NCBI GenBank assembly: GCA_038893995.1
Contig: JAWAQK010000068.1
Location: forward strand, 1 to 10,556
DNA: 10,556 nt
Direction: 5' to 3'
Source: Candidatus Thorarchaeota archaeon
GTDB lineage: Archaea > Asgardarchaeota > Thorarchaeia > Thorarchaeales > Thorarchaeaceae
Below, in pieces: positions 9,458 through 10,556 of the stretch (its first letter is position 1; each line of letters opens with the position of its first letter). Position numbers and translations under genes: made by a program. The notes under the pieces are model-generated. The model searched no databases. It saw only the letters and a program-made list of their open reading frames with translations, and had not been told where the DNA came from.

Positions 9458-9917
9458 ATGGTTGGGGAGTCATAAAGGGCAAGTACACCTTCCCGGGATG
9501 CAAACCATCCAAGGTGCAGGTGATGGATTGAATACAGCAGAATCCAATTGCAGACCTGACTCTATAGAATCAAGAGGACGCTCAAATTCCAGCTGATAGA
9601 GGACCCAACTCCCCAATCCGCACACTGTTGGTAATACATCCGAAGTCCTTGAGCGTCAGACGGAGTATAGCTGTGATCGGTAGAAGACTAACTGGAAACC
9701 AGGTAGTCATTGAACGATCAACGTGACAGAAAAGAGATCTCACACGCACATCGGAGGGACCACCCGAAGCTATAACGAGGACTCCCACGAGTGGATCGAG
9801 CGTCTCTTCATGTTAGGAAGAGACCCGACTCTCAACTAATACCAAGTCGATGCTTCGCGATCGTAGAAGATTTGCGGAAGATTCATAGATGACCTGGGTT
9901 AGAGAATAGGTAGGAGG

Positions 9918-10556
9918 GTGCTCAAGACGTCTAGATGCTCGGAGTTCCGGGATCTGTTTCTAGCAATCTGCCTGGTGCTGGTGATCTCGCCTTTAACGAT
10001 GACGGGGATGATGCTGCACACAGACAGGGTGCTGGGTGAAGCAGGGGGGCCGATCTGTAATGCAGACGTTGACCCACTGTCTACAAACAATGTCACCATG
10101 GTACTAGTATTTGATGACTTGGTCTTGACCGTGATTGTGAGAGAGAGTAGTTCCAGAATGCTCATTCTGTATGATATGTACGACAAGACTGTTTCAGAGG
10201 AGATACTGGTGGTCCCCACCAATGTCGGGTACATAACCACGGTCCTCTTGGATGGACACGTTGTCTTCACAGGGACTAAGGACGTAAACATTCTAGAACC
10301 GATAAGTTCTCTGACACTATATGCAGACGTGCAGACACAGCGGCCAGGGCCGTATGATGCACACTATCTATACAAGTGGTGGGACGGAATTCAATTCGTG
10401 ATAGGACCATCATGGCAGGTCAAGTATCCTCATCCGGATCGGGAATACAACCACATCCCACCATTCAGTTACTGGACGGGAGTTGGTATCAAGCTTCTCC
10501 ATCATCAGATTGACTCTACGACGTCAGCAATGCTGGCAGGCGTTGGATGGGCTGCG
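9918..10556 (+). CDS. Hypothetical secreted or membrane-anchored protein, 3'-truncated by the window edge
   Basis: Hand-translated 213 open codons from GTG 9918 (in-frame TAG at 9900, GGTAGGAGG upstream): MLKTSRCSEFRDLFLAICLVLVISPLTMTG...YKWWDGIQFVIGPSWQVKYPHPDREYNHIPPFSYWTGVGIKLLHHQIDSTTSAMLAGVGWAA. Absent from the ORF track because it has no stop in the window. Confidence 0.8.
   Translation, partial: MLKTSRCSEFRDLFLAICLVLVISPLTMTGMMLHTDRVLGEAGGPICNADVDPLSTNNVTMVLVFDDLVLTVIVRESSSRMLILYDMYDKTVSEEILVVPTNVGYITTVLLDGHVVFTGTKDVNILEPISSLTLYADVQTQRPGPYDAHYLYKWWDGIQFVIGPSWQVKYPHPDREYNHIPPFSYWTGVGIKLLHHQIDSTTSAMLAGVGWAA

Noticed and set aside
9456-9900. RNase P RNA, SRP RNA or the 23S 5' end
   Set aside because: No GAGGAAAGUCC/P4 partner, no SRP helix-8 motif and no 23S 5' consensus seen on either strand.
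9899-10291. 130-aa minus-strand ORF
   Set aside because: Antisense shadow of the longer + strand ORF, which has a signal-like N-terminus and an SD-like motif.

Overview
Archaeal chromosomal window. An Asgard lineage, possibly Thorarchaeia, is my inference from 16S signatures and gene style and needs a database check. Left to right it holds a tandem Lrp/AsnC-like regulator (+), then a minus-strand run of OsmC-family peroxiredoxin, class I SAM methyltransferase, DUF302 protein, intron-containing tRNA-Ala(CGC), a winged-HTH regulator coupled to a ~7-TM membrane protein, and an M1 aminopeptidase with HEAT repeats. A complete, divergent 16S rRNA gene (+) follows, with no adjacent tRNA or 23S. It is enclosed by a long processing stem in which I find no strict BHB motif. 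After a hairpin-rich spacer comes a 3'-truncated, probably secreted protein that the ORF track missed. No CRISPR array, transposase or integrase is visible. Best leads: the secreted WWDG/KYPHPD protein, the 7-TM plus wHTH pair, the stand-alone 16S with its unusual stem, and a candidate structured RNA downstream of the 16S.
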